DNA of 64,000 bases, from contig JASCQW010000190.1 in assembly GCA_030264375.1 (NCBI GenBank), positions 80,686,575 to 80,750,574 on the forward strand, read 5' to 3'. Under the pieces are notes generated by a model. It was not told where the DNA came from, searched no databases, and saw only the letters and a list, made by a program, of their open reading frames with translations. The stretch is from Carcharhinus longimanus. Taxonomy: Eukaryota. Below are positions 35,960 through 49,581 of the stretch, piece after piece. Within the stretch, counting starts at the first letter, position 1; each line of letters opens with the position of its first letter. The translations under genes and the position numbers were made by a program.

Positions 35960-38900
35960 ATACAAGCATGCAAAATAGGAGCAGAAGTAGGCCATTCAAT
36001 CCCTCAAGCCTTTTCCGTCATTCGATAAGGTCATGGCTGATCTGTTTATGATTTGAGTTCTACATTCCCATCTACCCTCAGTAATTTGATTCCCTTGCTT
36101 AACAAGAATATATCCATCTCTGCCTTAAAAATATTCAATGATCCTTTCTCCACTATCTTCTGAAGTAGAGTATCCCAAAGTTGCACAACATTTAGAGTTC
36201 ATCTCAGTTCTAAAAGGGCGACCCCTAATTTTAAAACAGCGTCCCGTAGTTCCAGACTCGCCCAAAAGAGGAAACCTTATTTCCATATTCACCTTGCCAA
36301 GACTATTCAGCATCTTGTATACTTCAATATAATTACCCCTTCTCCAATCTTCTGAATACTATTGGAAGTAAACCGATTCTGTCCACTTTTTCGTCGTAAG
36401 CCAACCTGCTTATTCCAGGTATCAATCTAGTAAACTTTCTCTAATACATTTACATCTTTTCTTAAATAAGGAGACCAAAGCTTCACACAGTATTTGAGAT
36501 GTGGTCTCGCCAGTACCTTATATAAATGAAGCATAACATCTTTTTATATTCAATTCCTCTCCTAATAAAGGATAGTATTCCATTAGACTTCTTAATTATT
36601 TGCTGTATCTGCATACTAGCTTTATGTTGCTCGTACACTAGAACATCTAAATCCTTTTGCATCTTGGAATTCTGTACTAATTCTCTGTTTCTGTAATGCT
36701 CTGCTGTTCCCAAATTGTATTCCATCTGTCAGATATTTTTGCCCACTCACTCAACCTATCAATATTAATTTGCAGTTTCCTCATGTCCTCTTTGCAACAT
36801 AATTTGCTACCTCTCAGTGTCATCTGAAAATTTTGCTACCATGCTTTCGCTCCCCTATTCTAAGTAATTGATACAAATTGTCAAAAGTTGAGGCCCAGCA
36901 CACACCCTTGCGGGACTCCACTCATCATATCCTGACAATCAGAAACAGATCCATTTGTGCATACTCTCTGATTTCTGCCAGCCAATCTTCTATCCACACC
37001 AATGTTGCCTCCCGCATCACGAGCTTTTATTTTCTGCAATAATCTTTGAATCGACACCTTTTCAAAACCTTGGGATTTTCTAAGTGCCTGGCTATAACCT
37101 CCTCAACGTTAAATGTCAAGCTAACAGCCCTATAGTTTTCTGTTTTTCTGCCTCCCTCCCTTCATGAATAGCGGGATTTTATTTGCTGCGTTCCACTCTG
37201 ACGTAATCTTTCCAGAATCTAGAAGTTGGAAAATTAACATCAACTTGCCTACTAACTCATTAGCCATCTTTTTTAAGACCCTAGAATGAAGTCCATCAGG
37301 AGCCAGAAACGTCAGCCTACAGCTCCGTCAATTTTCTAAGTAGTTTTGTACGAGTGGCTCAAGGGTTGGTGTCAGAGAAATGGGTTTCAATTCATGAGGC
37401 ACTGGTACCAGTACTGGGGAGGAAGGGAGCTCCACTACTGAGACAGCTGTCACCTGCACCGTGCTGGGACAAGTGTCCTGGTGAATCGAATGACTAGGGC
37501 TCTAGGGTGGTCTGTGAACTGAATAGTTTGGAAGGGGAGGGGGGATGGTTATGTGAAGGCAAGCTTGGAAAGCTCAAGAAAAATGAGAAGGTAATAGTTA
37601 GTGTTGCAGTTAATGATAACCACAGTGTGACATAAAGGAACAGAATGTACTGACATAAGAATGCATCAGCAAATAAGATCAGAATAGGGGAAACTGGTAA
37701 AAAGATAGAGCTGAAGGCTCTTTATCTGAATGCATGGGTGAGAAATTTTGGCCTGAAACTAGTAACTTCAACTTAAAAGCAGTTAAAATAATGTGAGGAT
37801 CAAGTGGCTAGAATGAAATGGGAATTTGGGTTAAAAAGTGCTTCCCAAATCTTTTCTCTCTGTGACTCTCATTTTAATGCCTCTGACATTGTGTGATCTC
37901 AGAATGGTGGAAGGGGTGGAGGTGGTGTGAGAAACTTAGAGAGTTGTTGTTGTTGGAGGAGGATTATTTTGCAGGAAACATTGATTGCCCAGGATGGGTG
38001 GTTAAAGTTGCTGCATTTTCCCTGATAAAGGTAAAAGACTACTTTTTTACAGTCTGTGGTCATAGCAAACAATCAGGCCTCATGATTAAATCATGATCAC
38101 TAGCATAAAAACAAGCAATTAATGGTACCTCACAAATGTCAAAACTTGGCCTGAGCTCCACATTTGCCATTGCTGCCTCAGAACTCGCAACCCCAGAATT
38201 TGGTTTAATGACCTCACTGGCATCTTGGGAACCCCTAGGTTAAGAGGTAAAATGGTAGAGAATCAGACATTTTGAGGAGAATTTTCATAACTCTGAACAA
38301 AGACCTATTTCATTTGAATAAGAAACACACTGAGAAGGATGCACCATTTGTGGCCAACTAAGGAAGACAGAAGTTGGGGGAAAAAGAAATGCAAAGATAG
38401 TGGTAGCCCAGAAGATTTAAAATATTTTAGAAATCAGCAAAGGATGGCTAAAATAAAAGAGGGAGAAATTAGCGTATGAGAGAAAGCTGAAAAGAACTAT
38501 GAAACCGAAAGTGAAAGCTTCTATACGTATATAGAAAGGAAGAAAGTGTTATTAATCCCTTAGAGAATGAGACTCTGACATTAATAATGGGGAAACTAGG
38601 AAATGTCTGACATTTTATATCTGTTTTCACAGCAACAGACACAGAAAGCGTCCAAAAATAGTGCAAAATGGAGGGAGGAATAAAAGCTATCACTAGAGAG
38701 AAAATAGTAGGTAAACTAATTATGTCATCTGCATAATTTATGCAGCTCTGCTGATTTCCGGCATGGAGCTGACAACACTGGAAATCCGGCGCTGGGAGAC
38801 TCATGGAGGCCATGGCACACACTGGGGAGCCCACGAAACAGCCTCTGCTAGAGTTTCCTGGCCCACTGCACTACAAAAGCAACGTAGTGGGCTGGGAGGA

Positions 38901-39170
38901 TCACTCCGTTTAGTCTCACTGAGGAATCAAAATTAGGCACACAGTTTAAAAATAAGGTGTCTCCTGTTTAAGATGAGGAGGAATTTTCTCAGAGATTGCT
39001 AGTCTTTGGAATTCTCTTCCATGGAAGGTAGTGGAGGTTGCAACATTGAATATATTCAAGGCTGAATTAGACAGATTTTTGATTGGTAAGGGGGTTGAGG
39101 GTTAAGGTACAATATGGCGGAAGAGGTTTGATGGGCCAAAGGGCCTATGTCTGCTGCTATTTCTTAAGAT
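35960..39170. mobile_element. CR1 complex: 3' half on - (35960-37340) abutting the ORF1/ORF2 start on + (37345-37740) and further + pieces (38250-39170)
   Basis: Minus: FPLLGESGT.G..FKIRGRPFRTEM and QKDLDVLV. Plus: WLKGWCQRNGFQFMRHWYQYWG (ORF1 esterase) and LKALYLNA (ORF2 start). Confidence 0.75.
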
Positions 39171-41076
39171 CATAATCTGATAGTTCTTTTCATAATTTTA
39201 AGCACTTGTATCATTCAGCTGGCCTGTCATCACTTTTCTGCTGAGGGGGGAAAAAAATCGACATCATTTTTCATGCTTTCCTCCATATTTGTATTTGTTT
39301 ACACAGGCAGTATCGTAGTGAATCCGCATTACAACTTGTCTAAAGCCTTAATATCTTGCCTGTAGAGTGAAGTCCGCTGCCGCATACTACTTTAGTGGCA
39401 GCAATCTTTTAAATAGGCTCCACGTAATCTGCGGCTTTTATGTTCTGTGCCCCTCGTGACAAATTTTACAATCTCATAAGCCTTTTTTATAGCTTTATCA
39501 AACTCCGTGTTGCCTTTTAATGCCCGGAGAATCTACACCACAAATCTCTCTGCCACAGCACCAAGTCCACTTCCATTCAGAGTCTATGTATTGGATGGAA
39601 CTTTCCCAACATTTACCAGGCTCTGATTGAAAATGGACGTGTATCTTTCCAATGGGACTGGGAGCTGAAGACAAAGGCCCTGTGCACCCACGCAAAAAGT
39701 GAAAACTCAAAAAGGGTGCAAAAACCCTGGGAGAGGCGAGAGACTGAGATTTAAAAACATGGCCTATGCTGTTTAGCTAATGCCTAGACATGAGATTAGC
39801 ATTATGCTGAGACTTCTGTTCTGCACTTCAGCTTTCTCCTTTCCAATTGCTACTACTTTTTTTCTCATGCTTAGTTTTTCTATCTGAGGTAGTAGTACTC
39901 AAAATATTAATATGAAAAGAAAATACTGCAGATGTTGGAAATCTTACAGAAGAAAAAAATGCAAGAAATTCCCATGATCAAGTAGAATCTGTGGAGAGAA
40001 ACAGTCAACATTCATACTGATGAAATATATTAAACCTAATATGAACTAGATAAATTATTTGTGAATTGTTTTTAAGGTAATCAAGATTCCCTTTTAGATA
40101 GTCTATATTTATGTTCTGTTTGCATTTTTCCAAGTCAATAACCCAGATTTTGTGATAGTTTTACAAAGCTATCAGTGCTCAGCATTATTAAGGTGGAAAT
40201 CGGATTTTTGGCATCACACATGCACAATATAACATGGAAACCTGCATTTCCCAATTCTGTCCTGATTTTCTACCCACGTCAGATTCTCTCTGACGGTGAG
40301 TGCAGGCTGAAATTTGCCCCAAAACGTGTCTTTTGCTAGAGGGCAGTTCAAAGAAAGTAGGAGTGTGCTTCAGTTTTTTTTTAATAGATAGTATGGTGGT
40401 GCACCGTGACATGTAAAAGATTGGGAACCATTGATTTAGAAATAGGCAGTCGTTAGAGGATTCTAATCTTCAGTTGGCACAGTGATGAGCATAGTTATTT
40501 CAGATAATCAGCATTAGAAAGGGAGCATAGGGTGAAAGGTCATTAAAAATACTGGTTACAGTGGATATAAAAACAAAGTTCAATCGGATTGAGAACAGAA
40601 AGCATTGGTTTCATAGTTAGAGTGCATCATTTAATTATTGATCCCTTCTCGTCCCAAACGCACAATTCCCCTCTGTTATAGAGTACATGGCAACATGACA
40701 CGCCAAACCAGTTGGACAGCATTTTGCAGACAGGCAAGCTGACAGAATTGCTTCAGTGCAGTGTCATGTGAGTTCTGACCTTGGGCTATTTCAACGTTAA
40801 TGATTTAATGATTTGTCCCAGACTAAAGGTTGGGTATAAACCAGCCAATGTTTCCCGCTGTTTAATACCACAGAATTTAAAATGCCTTGAGATCCCAAGA
40901 TTGTTGAATCAGTGTTTTTGCTGTCTTAGGTAGATGCATTAGGAAGACCCCTAGTTTTCTTCAGAATGTACTGAATGAGTTGACTCTCTGCTTGCACGAT
41001 CCAGATTCTCTGTGGAGTTGGGGGGAGGAAATGAGTAGGGGGGGGAGGCGCAAGTTTTTTTTTAGTGCCCCTTGTG

Positions 41077-42736
41077 CAGTGCTTCCCAAACCCTTTCCCA
41101 ATATAATCTCATTTTGGCACAGTGGTCTTAGCCAATGATGGGAGATGACCAGCAGGTGGATTGGTAAGTTGCTCGTGTAACGATAGGCTTGGGTTGACGT
41201 AGACCTTCTCTAAGAGCTTTCTTGTTGCGATCTCACTCTTTAAGTGAGGGAGTGGGATGGTGATCAGGATGGCAATCAGGAGAGTTGAGTTGATCAGAGA
41301 CATAACACAATTATGAGATGCCATATAAATGGTTAGTACACCATTCTATGATTCTGTAATATGTAGGGGGTACCATATTAGCATGGATAAAGGATTGGTT
41401 AGCTTACAGGAAGCAGAGAATTGGGATGAATGGGTCTTTCTTGGGTTGGCAAGCTGAAACCAATGGAGTGCCACAGGGATCAGTGCTGAAGTTTCAACGA
41501 TTTACAATCTATATCAGTGACTTGGATAAAAGGACCAAATATATGGCAGCTAAATTTGCCATTGGCACTAAAATACATAGGACAGTAATTGTCAACAGGA
41601 GATAAGGAGACTTGCAAAGGAACATAGATGGGCTAAGTGAGTAGGCAAAGCTTTGTAAGATTGAGTNNNNNNNNNNATTGAGTATAATGTGGGAAAATAT
41701 GAACTTGTCCATTTTGGCTGTAAGAATAGAAAAGCAGAATACTATTTAAATGGCGAGTCCAGAACTCTGATGTGCAGAGGGATCTGGGTGTCCTGGTGTA
41801 TGAATCTCAGAAAATTACTGTACAGGTGCAGAAAGTGGTTAGGAAGGCAAGTGGAATGTTATTATTTATTACAAGCGGAATGGAATGTAAAAGTAGAGAT
41901 GTTTTGCTGCAATTGTAAAATGCATTGGTGAGACCACATCCGGAGTACTGTGTTTTGTTCTCATGAAAAGATATAAATGCAGTTCGGACAAGGGTTACTA
42001 ATACCTAGGATGGGGGGTTATCCTATGAGGAATGTTTGGACAAGCTGGGCCTGTATCTATTGGAGCTCAGAAGAATAAGAAATGTGCCAAAATTTTGCTG
42101 GCATTTACGCCAGCAGAATCTTATAATCCTGTCAATGGCACACCCCCTGCCATGGGTTTCCCAACAGGAAACCCCATTGACGATGGTGGAACCATAAGAT
42201 CCTGCTGCGAATGAGCAGCACACCACCTTATGCTGCCACGAAACGCATCAGGGAGCGGGAGGAAAATGCTGCCCTTGATTCTATTGAAACATGTAAGATA
42301 CTTGTGGGACTGGATAGGATAGAGACTAGGAGGAAGTTTCCTCTTGCAGGGGCAAAGTAGAAGTAGGAGACACAAGAGGCCTCTCCCTTTTAAGAAGGAG
42401 ATGTGTTTTTTTTCTGAGTGAGTTTAGTTTGTGGAATTCTGTTCACCAGAAAGCTATAGCGACAGGGCAATGCTGTTAGACAATTTTATGATAAATAAGG
42501 GAGTCAATGTGGGCAGATGGAAAAGTGGCATTAAGATCATATCCAGAACAGACAGATCTTACTGAATGGTGAAGCCAATTTGATGGGCTGAGTAGCCTAC
42601 TCTGCTCCTAAGTCCTATGTTCCTTTGTTACCCTACCTGCCCCTGCTCTGTTCTGCACACGTAATTTATTCAGCCCTTCCATTTGCTATTTCTGTGGTAT
42701 TAGTTGGGACAATAACCCACAGTTTGAGAACCACTG
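41077..42736. mobile_element. hAT/Charlie-like MITE ends enclosing a CR1 (about 41350-42625 +), which itself holds a MITE (42090-42275)
   Basis: Imperfect TIRs cagtgcttcccaaac and gtttgagaaccactg. CR1 RT motifs GVPQGSVL and YISDLD, plus a 3' tail. No clean TSD. Confidence 0.55.
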
Positions 42737-43142
42737 TCCTACAGCTGTTCCCCTGGGTTACATAGTGCAGTATCTAGGAGGTTAACCTTTAATTCCTGAA
42801 TGTTTGAGGAAAATCCTAGAATACTGGTAAACCCACCCCAGCGTGAGCCCCTATTTAGAAAGGAAATAAAATTTTGTTTATATTAATTTTCATTTTTATT
42901 TATGTTTGAATGGTGTCAGAAATTAGCACAAATGTGCATTTGTCATCCATTGTGTTAATTGTATCACGGGTAAAGATACCTTTCTCTTGCCTCCAGAGTG
43001 TTGATTCATATCAATTTCAACAGATTCCAGATTATGTAGCTTACCTTCCCTCTATTTTTCTATCTTTTTTTTCTCTCATTTTCTCTCTCTTATGCTGTCT
43101 TACTTCTCCCCCTCACTCAACCTTGCACTCGTTTGCCCAGTC

Positions 43143-43425
43143 ATGATAGCACAGTGGTTAGCACCAGGGTCTCAGGTTCAATTCCCAGCTTGGGTCACTG
43201 TCTGTGCAGAATTTGCACATTCTCTCTGGGTCTGTGTGTGTTTCCTCTGGGTGCTCCGGTTTCCTCCCACAGTCTGAAAGACGTGTTGCTTAGGTGTATT
43301 GGCCGTGCCAAGTTCTCCCTCAGTGTACCTGAACATTTGCCAGAGTGTGGCGAGTAGGGAATTTTCACAGCAACTTCGTTGCAGTGTTAATGTAAGACCA
43401 CTTGTGTCATTGATAAACTTAAATT
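43143..43425 (+). mobile_element. HE1/V-SINE-type SINE (tail type A)
   Basis: gcacagtggttagcac...ggttcaattcccagcttgggtcactgtctgtg...gtgttaatgtaag. Confidence 0.85.
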
Positions 43426-45292
43426 CTTAACGTAAGAATTTTCATTTTCACTTGCTCACGTTCACTTGATTTGATTTATTATTGACGATTGCTTTTGTTT
43501 GCTCACTTGCTTTACTTTCCCCTATCCCCTGTCCCCTATTCTCACTCGCATTGATATATATAACAGCATCGCCTATATTCCAATGAAATGGGAGAAAAAG
43601 CACAGCAAATGGGATGTCATGCTAGGAACTCAGCGATTGCTTTTCGGACTTTTTATACCTGATATATTGAGACTTCAATAAAGGAGATTTGCACCTTTGT
43701 TTTGGTGTTCTGACTTGGAAGGACTTAATTGAGCAATTCAGGTTTATTCGCTGTCCTGCACCCTCAGTCAGTTCCAGTATGGGCCTAATTGATTGAATGG
43801 TGTTCTGTTTCACCAGCACAGAGCACTTTGATACAGATCACTGTTTGCAGCAAAACATACCTTTTGCATTAATGTGTTACGTGCCAAGGACACTTGGGAA
43901 AAATCTTTCTATTCGCTTAGGTACATACCAGTAGGCTAGACAGATTAGGGATACTACTTTAAGTTTTTTTTTCTGCTTGACAATCGTCAACTGGAAAGTT
44001 GATTTGCTTTTGTAACCATGTCAACGTAAATATTAACTAATTTCCCATAACTTGATTGGCCTGTGCTTCTGTGGGAATCAGATGACCTCTCTAAACTGAA
44101 ATGGAAGAATCAAAATCCTGAGATGGATTTTCCCACAGGATTGATTTTGGGAGTGGATGATTCACAAATCAACCTTGTTTTAATAGTAACAATGTAATCA
44201 GATGGAAGTAAGTTAAGTGGAGAAGGAAAATTAAAATATAAATGCTAGATTCAGGGGGATGTCCATAATCTATGTAGAGGAATCAAATACAGTATTCGGC
44301 TGGTTCAGATATTGTTTATTCGGGGAGATGAGAAACAAATTAGTAACAAGAATTGTCAAGAAACTTAATGCCATTGGCTGTGTGGGGGAAAAAATGGGAG
44401 GGAAAAAGATCAGATGAGACCAAGTTACTTACACACGCAGATAAATACACACACACGAGTAGATAATCCTGGAAAATCCTGCAATTGTATATTTTTGTAC
44501 ATATTTCCATAAAGCCCTTTTGTGGGAATTATTTATGTTCTCAATACTAACATCCATCAAATTATTACATTATTGTCATTGATGTGCTCTGGCAGCATGG
44601 CTTAATGTGGTGGAGTTTTGTACAATTTGTTAAGTGTGCCAGGAACCAGGTTGAGACTGCAAGAAACATAATACTCTTGCAGCTGGCAGGGGGGAGGTGG
44701 CTTTTATCCCGTCAGTCTGGGCTGGATTTGAATCTAGTTTCTTGAGGTGAAAGGAGTTGTGTACTAAACTCTGCCACACTCAGTGTCAGTGGGGTGGCTT
44801 TAAATAAGAGACCTGTTGGCATAGTGGCAAATCTGCACCTTGTGAACATTGCAGAAGTTTAATCTTGTTATTTGTACTAGATTTGGATTCTAAATGAATG
44901 AACTGTGAGGAGGATTACATATCTGCAAGAGTAGATGCATAACGAGTTGTCTTTCATTTTGAATTGCTGGATGGATGAAATTATTCAATATTCAATAAAA
45001 TATTTTTCATTGGAAATATAATTTTTGATATTTATAATGGCTAATATTTGGTATTTACTAAAGTAATTGATGTTTTGTACATGGTTCATAGCGCATGCTG
45101 ATGGCTTAATATCAGATCTCTCAACCCAACCCTGTTCCTCCCTGATATGCAGCTATTACTAAGCATTATATTGCTCAAGCCCACTGTATTTTTGGAAAAT
45201 AAGTATGGTTGGAGGAGGTGAGAGAGAGTTTTTGAGCAAATAATTGTATTTCCTTTTGAATGTTTGTTAGCATTTCTTTTTTCTGCTTCCAG

Positions 45293-45386
45293 AGACCACT
45301 GCGAAGACTGAATCACAGCAAGTTCATCTGACTCCACCGGTCCCCATCCCAGAATTTTCTCAAATTATAAAATATGAAGATACCAG
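45293..45386 (+). CDS. SYTL2: SYTL2-like putative coding exon 3 (linker)
   Basis: Strong polypyrimidine acceptor tttcttttttctgcttccAG. Phase 1 in, phase 2 out. Open frame (E)TTAKTESQQVHLTPPVPIPEFSQIIKYEDT. Donor AG|GTTACA is weak, but the phases link exons 2 and 4. Confidence 0.65.
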
Positions 45387-45435
45387 GTTACAACTTTCAA
45401 ATATGCCATGACATTGTTTCCAATCGCTGGTAGAA

Positions 45436-45733
45436 CAGGGGTCGGTAACCTTAATAATGTAAAGAGCCATTTTTTAAATTTAGCCAAAAAGGTCATATTT
45501 TAAGAGCTGCATTGCTGTTATTCAGGTGCCCACTAATTTAAAAAAAAGAGCAGTCACAATTCAGCAACATATTTAAAGCTTTTTGCAGAATGGTTGCTAA
45601 TTGTGTATTCTTGTGAGACTGTAAGTTTTAAAAAAAAGGAACAAGCCATTTGAATGGGTTTGATCGATCAAAGTCAGGAATAGCATGTTAATTCTTAGTC
45701 AGACACGTGGCTCTCTCTGCAATGTGACCCCTG
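45436..45733. mobile_element. hAT-type MITE relic about 50 nt downstream of exon 3
   Basis: Terminal caggggtc(ggtaacc) and gacccctg inverted ends. TSD not evident. Confidence 0.4.
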
Positions 45734-45865
45734 TTTTCAGGAATGGTGGACTAGGACGAGGATTCTGCTCTATGATGAGAAAGGATATTTAACCTTTTAA
45801 TACTTGTGCAATATTTTGGGGCTATTATCAATCAAATTGCACCTTTCTGTTAATAGGATACACAG

Positions 45866-46145
45866 ATAGGGTTAACACTGCTGCCTCGCAGTGCCAGGGA
45901 CTCAGGTCAATTCCTGGTTTGGGTCACTGTGCAGAGTTTGCACGCATTCCCTGTGTCTGCATGGGTTCCTCCGGGTGCCCCGGTTTCCAGTCCAAAAGAC
46001 GTGCTATTTAAGTGCATTGGCCTTGCTAAATTCTCCTTCTGTGTACCTGAACAGGTGCCAGAGTGTGGCGACTAGGGGATTTTCATAGTAACTACGTTGC
46101 AGTGTTAATGTAAGCCTACATGTGACACTAATAAATAAACTTTAA
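45866..46145 (+). mobile_element. HE1/V-SINE-type SINE (tail type A)
   Basis: ttaacactgctgcctcgcagtgccaggga...gtgttaatgtaagcctacatgtgacactaataaataaacttt. Confidence 0.85.
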
Positions 46146-46884
46146 AAAGGAAATAATAAAGGCATCTGGAGCTTCATTTATGTATAAAACTATTTTGTCC
46201 TTGTGTTTCTTTCCTTTTCTTCGCCCCCCCACTTCCACCTTCTGCCCCAAACCACTTGTAACATCTATGTTTAAACTGTTTTCTTTTGAGTGTGATCAGC
46301 CTAGGTTGACTTTCATTCCAAATCTTTCTTTTTACCCACCCCCACCTTGCCGAAGGGGAATGCTGTTCACTCCCAATTGATCTTTGAGGAATCAGAACAT
46401 TGTAATACAGGGAATTGTGAAATGTAAACTTGTATCCTTTCGGCATGTGATACACTAGATGGTTTTGCTTTGACTTGTGCAGAGCCACATTTGTGTCCGC
46501 CTATTAATTATCAAATGGTTTGTGTAGCGTGCAAACCAAATAATACATGCACTAAGTCAAGACTGCTGTCTTTCACCTGCTATGGAAAAACAAAGAACTC
46601 TGATTTCCAAATAATAAATTTGAATCTCAAACACATACGTAATGTAAGGACAACTGGTGTGATTGCAGACTGTGATCATTAAATACTCATTAAAAATTCT
46701 GCAAGCCCTTGTTATAACTGAATTTCACGTTAGTCAGGTAAGTCAGAAATTGGCTTGGCACTTTAAAACAGCATTGTGTTCACAAGGATAGATTTTGTGC
46801 AACAATGTGTGTTATTGATAGACTACATCAAAGTCCACCCGTCTGCTTGCATAGGTAGCTGCCACGTTAAGAATTAGAGAAAGA

Positions 46885-47205
46885 ATGAATACAAGCAGGC
46901 TTTTTCCACTGAGGCTAGGGGAGGAAAAACTAAAGGACATGGGTTAAGGGTGAAGGGGAAGAAGTTTAAAGGGAATATTGGGTGGGGGGGGGGTCTTCAC
47001 ACAGAGTGGTGGGAGTGTGGAATGAGCTGCCAGGTGATGTGGTAAATGCAGGCTCACTTTTAACATTTAAGAAAAAATTGGTCAGGTACATGGATGAGAG
47101 GGGTGTGGAGGGATATGGTCCAGGTGCAGGTCAGTGGGACTAGACAGAAAAATGGTTCGGTACAGCCAAGAAGGGCCAAAAGGCCTGTTTCTGTGTTCTT
47201 TGGTT
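46885..47205 (+). mobile_element. Young CR1 3' end; closely similar copy at about 50320-50745
   Basis: Both share gaatacaagcaggctttttccactgaggctagggg...ggtccaggtgcaggtcagtgggactagacagaaaaatggttcgg. Confidence 0.85.
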
Positions 47206-47212
47206 CTATGGA

Positions 47213-47422
47213 GCCCATTCAGGTACACTGTGGGAGAATTTTGCATGGCCAATGCACCTAACCAGCATGTCTTTTAGACTGTCTGAGGACACTGGAGCAC
47301 CTGGGGAAAACCCATGCAGACATGGGGAGAATGTGCAAACTCCACACAGACAGTGACCCGAGGCCGGAATCGAACCTGGATTCTTGGTGCTGTGAGGCAG
47401 CAGTGCTAACCACTGTGCCACC
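47213..47422 (-). mobile_element. HE1/V-SINE-type SINE, 3'-truncated
   Basis: Reverse complement starts ggtggcacagtggttagcactgctgcctcacagc with B box ggttcgattcc. Confidence 0.85.
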
Positions 47423-47929
47423 TCATTGTTTTTCCTGGAATCTTGCTATGTGCAACTGTGCTTCTCCATGTTACAACAGTGGTTTACACTTGAGAAATAT
47501 TTGATTGGTTGGAAGCTGCATTGTCCCATGTTAAGGATGTGAAAGACGGTCTTGGAAATGCGAGTTTGTTTATCTGATAAACCAAATAGGGCAATTCAGA
47601 AGAAACTTCTTTCCTCAGAAAGTCAAACTCGCTAACACATGGAATAGTTGAGATGCCGGTGTAGATGTATTCATGGAGAACTAGATAAATATTTGGGAGA
47701 GAGGAATAGAAGGTTATGGGATAGGTTGAGGTGAAGTAGAGTGAAAAGAGAATCCTCAGGTGTACAAACACCAGGATAGATAAATAGGACCTGTTTCTGT
47801 TTTTCATCTGGGGGAAGGCAGGGTCAGGCTATTAAGTTGGATGATCAGCCATGATCATAATGAATGGCCTCCCTCTGCTCCTACTTTCTATGTAAAGCTA
47901 TCAGTTTCTACATTATTATTCCATTCATG

Positions 47930-48975
47930 CACTTGAGGAGTCTGGATCGGCACTCGATGGAGTTTAGAAGGATGGGGAAGGTTCTTTTTGAACCTCACCG
48001 AACACTGAAAGACCTTTTCTGTATTCATTTGTGGGATATGGGCAATGCTGCCTGGCCAGCATTTATTGCCCATTTCTAGTTGCCCTTGTTCAGAGGGCAG
48101 TTGAAAGTCAACCACGTTGCTGTGGCTTTGGAGTCACATGTGGACCAGACCAGGTAAGAATGGCAGATTTCCTTCCCTAAAGGGACATTCGTGAACCAGA
48201 TGGATTTTTCTGACAATCAACAATGGTTTCATGGTCATCAGTAAATTCTTAATCCTAGATATTTTTTATTGAATTCAAATTCCATCAGTGCCGTGGCAGG
48301 ATTCAAACCCGGGTCCCCAGAGTAGAAACGTAGTATCCCTACAGTGCAGAAAGAGTCCATTTGGCCCATCTAGTCTGCACTGACCACAATCCCACCAGGC
48401 CCTATCCCCATGCATTTACCCTAGTCTCCTTGACACTAGGGGGCAATTTTAGCATGGCCAATCAACCTAACCCGCACATCTTTGGACTGTGGGAGGAAAC
48501 CCACGCAGACATAGGGAGAACGTGCAAACTCCACACAGCCAGTGACCTAAGCCAGGAATCGAACCCAGGTCTCTGGCGCTGAGAGGCATCAGTGCTCAGA
48601 ATGTTAGCTGAGTTTCTGAATTAATAGTCGAATGATAATACCACTAGGCCATCACCTCTACCTAGATAGAGTAGTCTTGGGGAAGATGTTTCCATTAGTA
48701 GACGAGACAGCCTCAGAGTAAAGAACCGAGACGAAGAGGAATTTCTTCAGCCAGAGGGTGGTGAACCTATGGAGGTAATTGTTACAGGAGGCTATGGAGA
48801 CCAGCTCATTGTGTGTATTTAAGACAAAGATTGATAGGTTCTTGATTGGTAAAGGAATCAAAGGTTACGGGGAGAAAGCGGGAGAATGGGGATGAGAAAA
48901 ATATCAGCCATGATCGAATGGCAGAGCAGACTCGATGGGCCAAATGGCCAAATTCTGCTCCCACAACTTATGGCC
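47930..48975. mobile_element. Triple nest: CR1 (+) containing a second-family SINE (-, 48020-48655), which contains an HE1 SINE (-, 48323-48597)
   Basis: Each host sequence resumes collinearly after its guest (gggtccccaga|...|gttagctgagtttc; ctgaaagacct|...|agatagagtag). Confidence 0.75.
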
Positions 48976-49459
48976 TTATGCTGAAGTCCAGAATCGGGCA
49001 TCTCTGCGAGTGTTTCAATGTGAAGCCATCAGTGAAATTATTCAGAAAAGCACAGTGGCGTTTTGGTCTCAGCATTCCAGATTTAATTTTCAGGCTGAAC
49101 ATACACTTATCCAGCATCAATCAAGGAAAGAGCAGCAGTTGTGACACACCCACCCTTATTAAACTGCAGACTAAACACAGCGGCAGAACAGACGGGAGTT
49201 CCGCACACACACACTGAGGCTCCAGCGATGGCTGCCCACCTTCAGAGTTAGAGCACAGACAGGGGTGAGCAAAGATAGCGTCAGAGAAGTGGGGCTGCGC
49301 GATCCACAGCTCCCGAGCAAAGCTCCCCTTATAAAGCACACCGAGCCCCCCTGCACTTCATGCAAATTTTGAAAATTCCTCTGGGCCTTTTGAATTTAAA
49401 AGGTTTGGCATTTGATCAAGATCTTTTCATGTCACCCTCACCACACATTGATGTAATAG

Positions 49460-49581
49460 CTTAGTTTAGTTTAAATTATTTATTAGTGTCGCAAGTAGGC
49501 TTACATTAACACTGCAATGAAGCTACTGTCAAAATCCCCTAGTCGAACTCCGAAGCCTGTTCGGGTACACTGAGGGAGAAT
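49460..49581 (-). mobile_element. HE1-type SINE tail type A, cut by an N gap
   Basis: ttattagtgtcgcaagtaggcttacattaacactgcaatgaag is the reverse complement of tail A. Confidence 0.8.
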
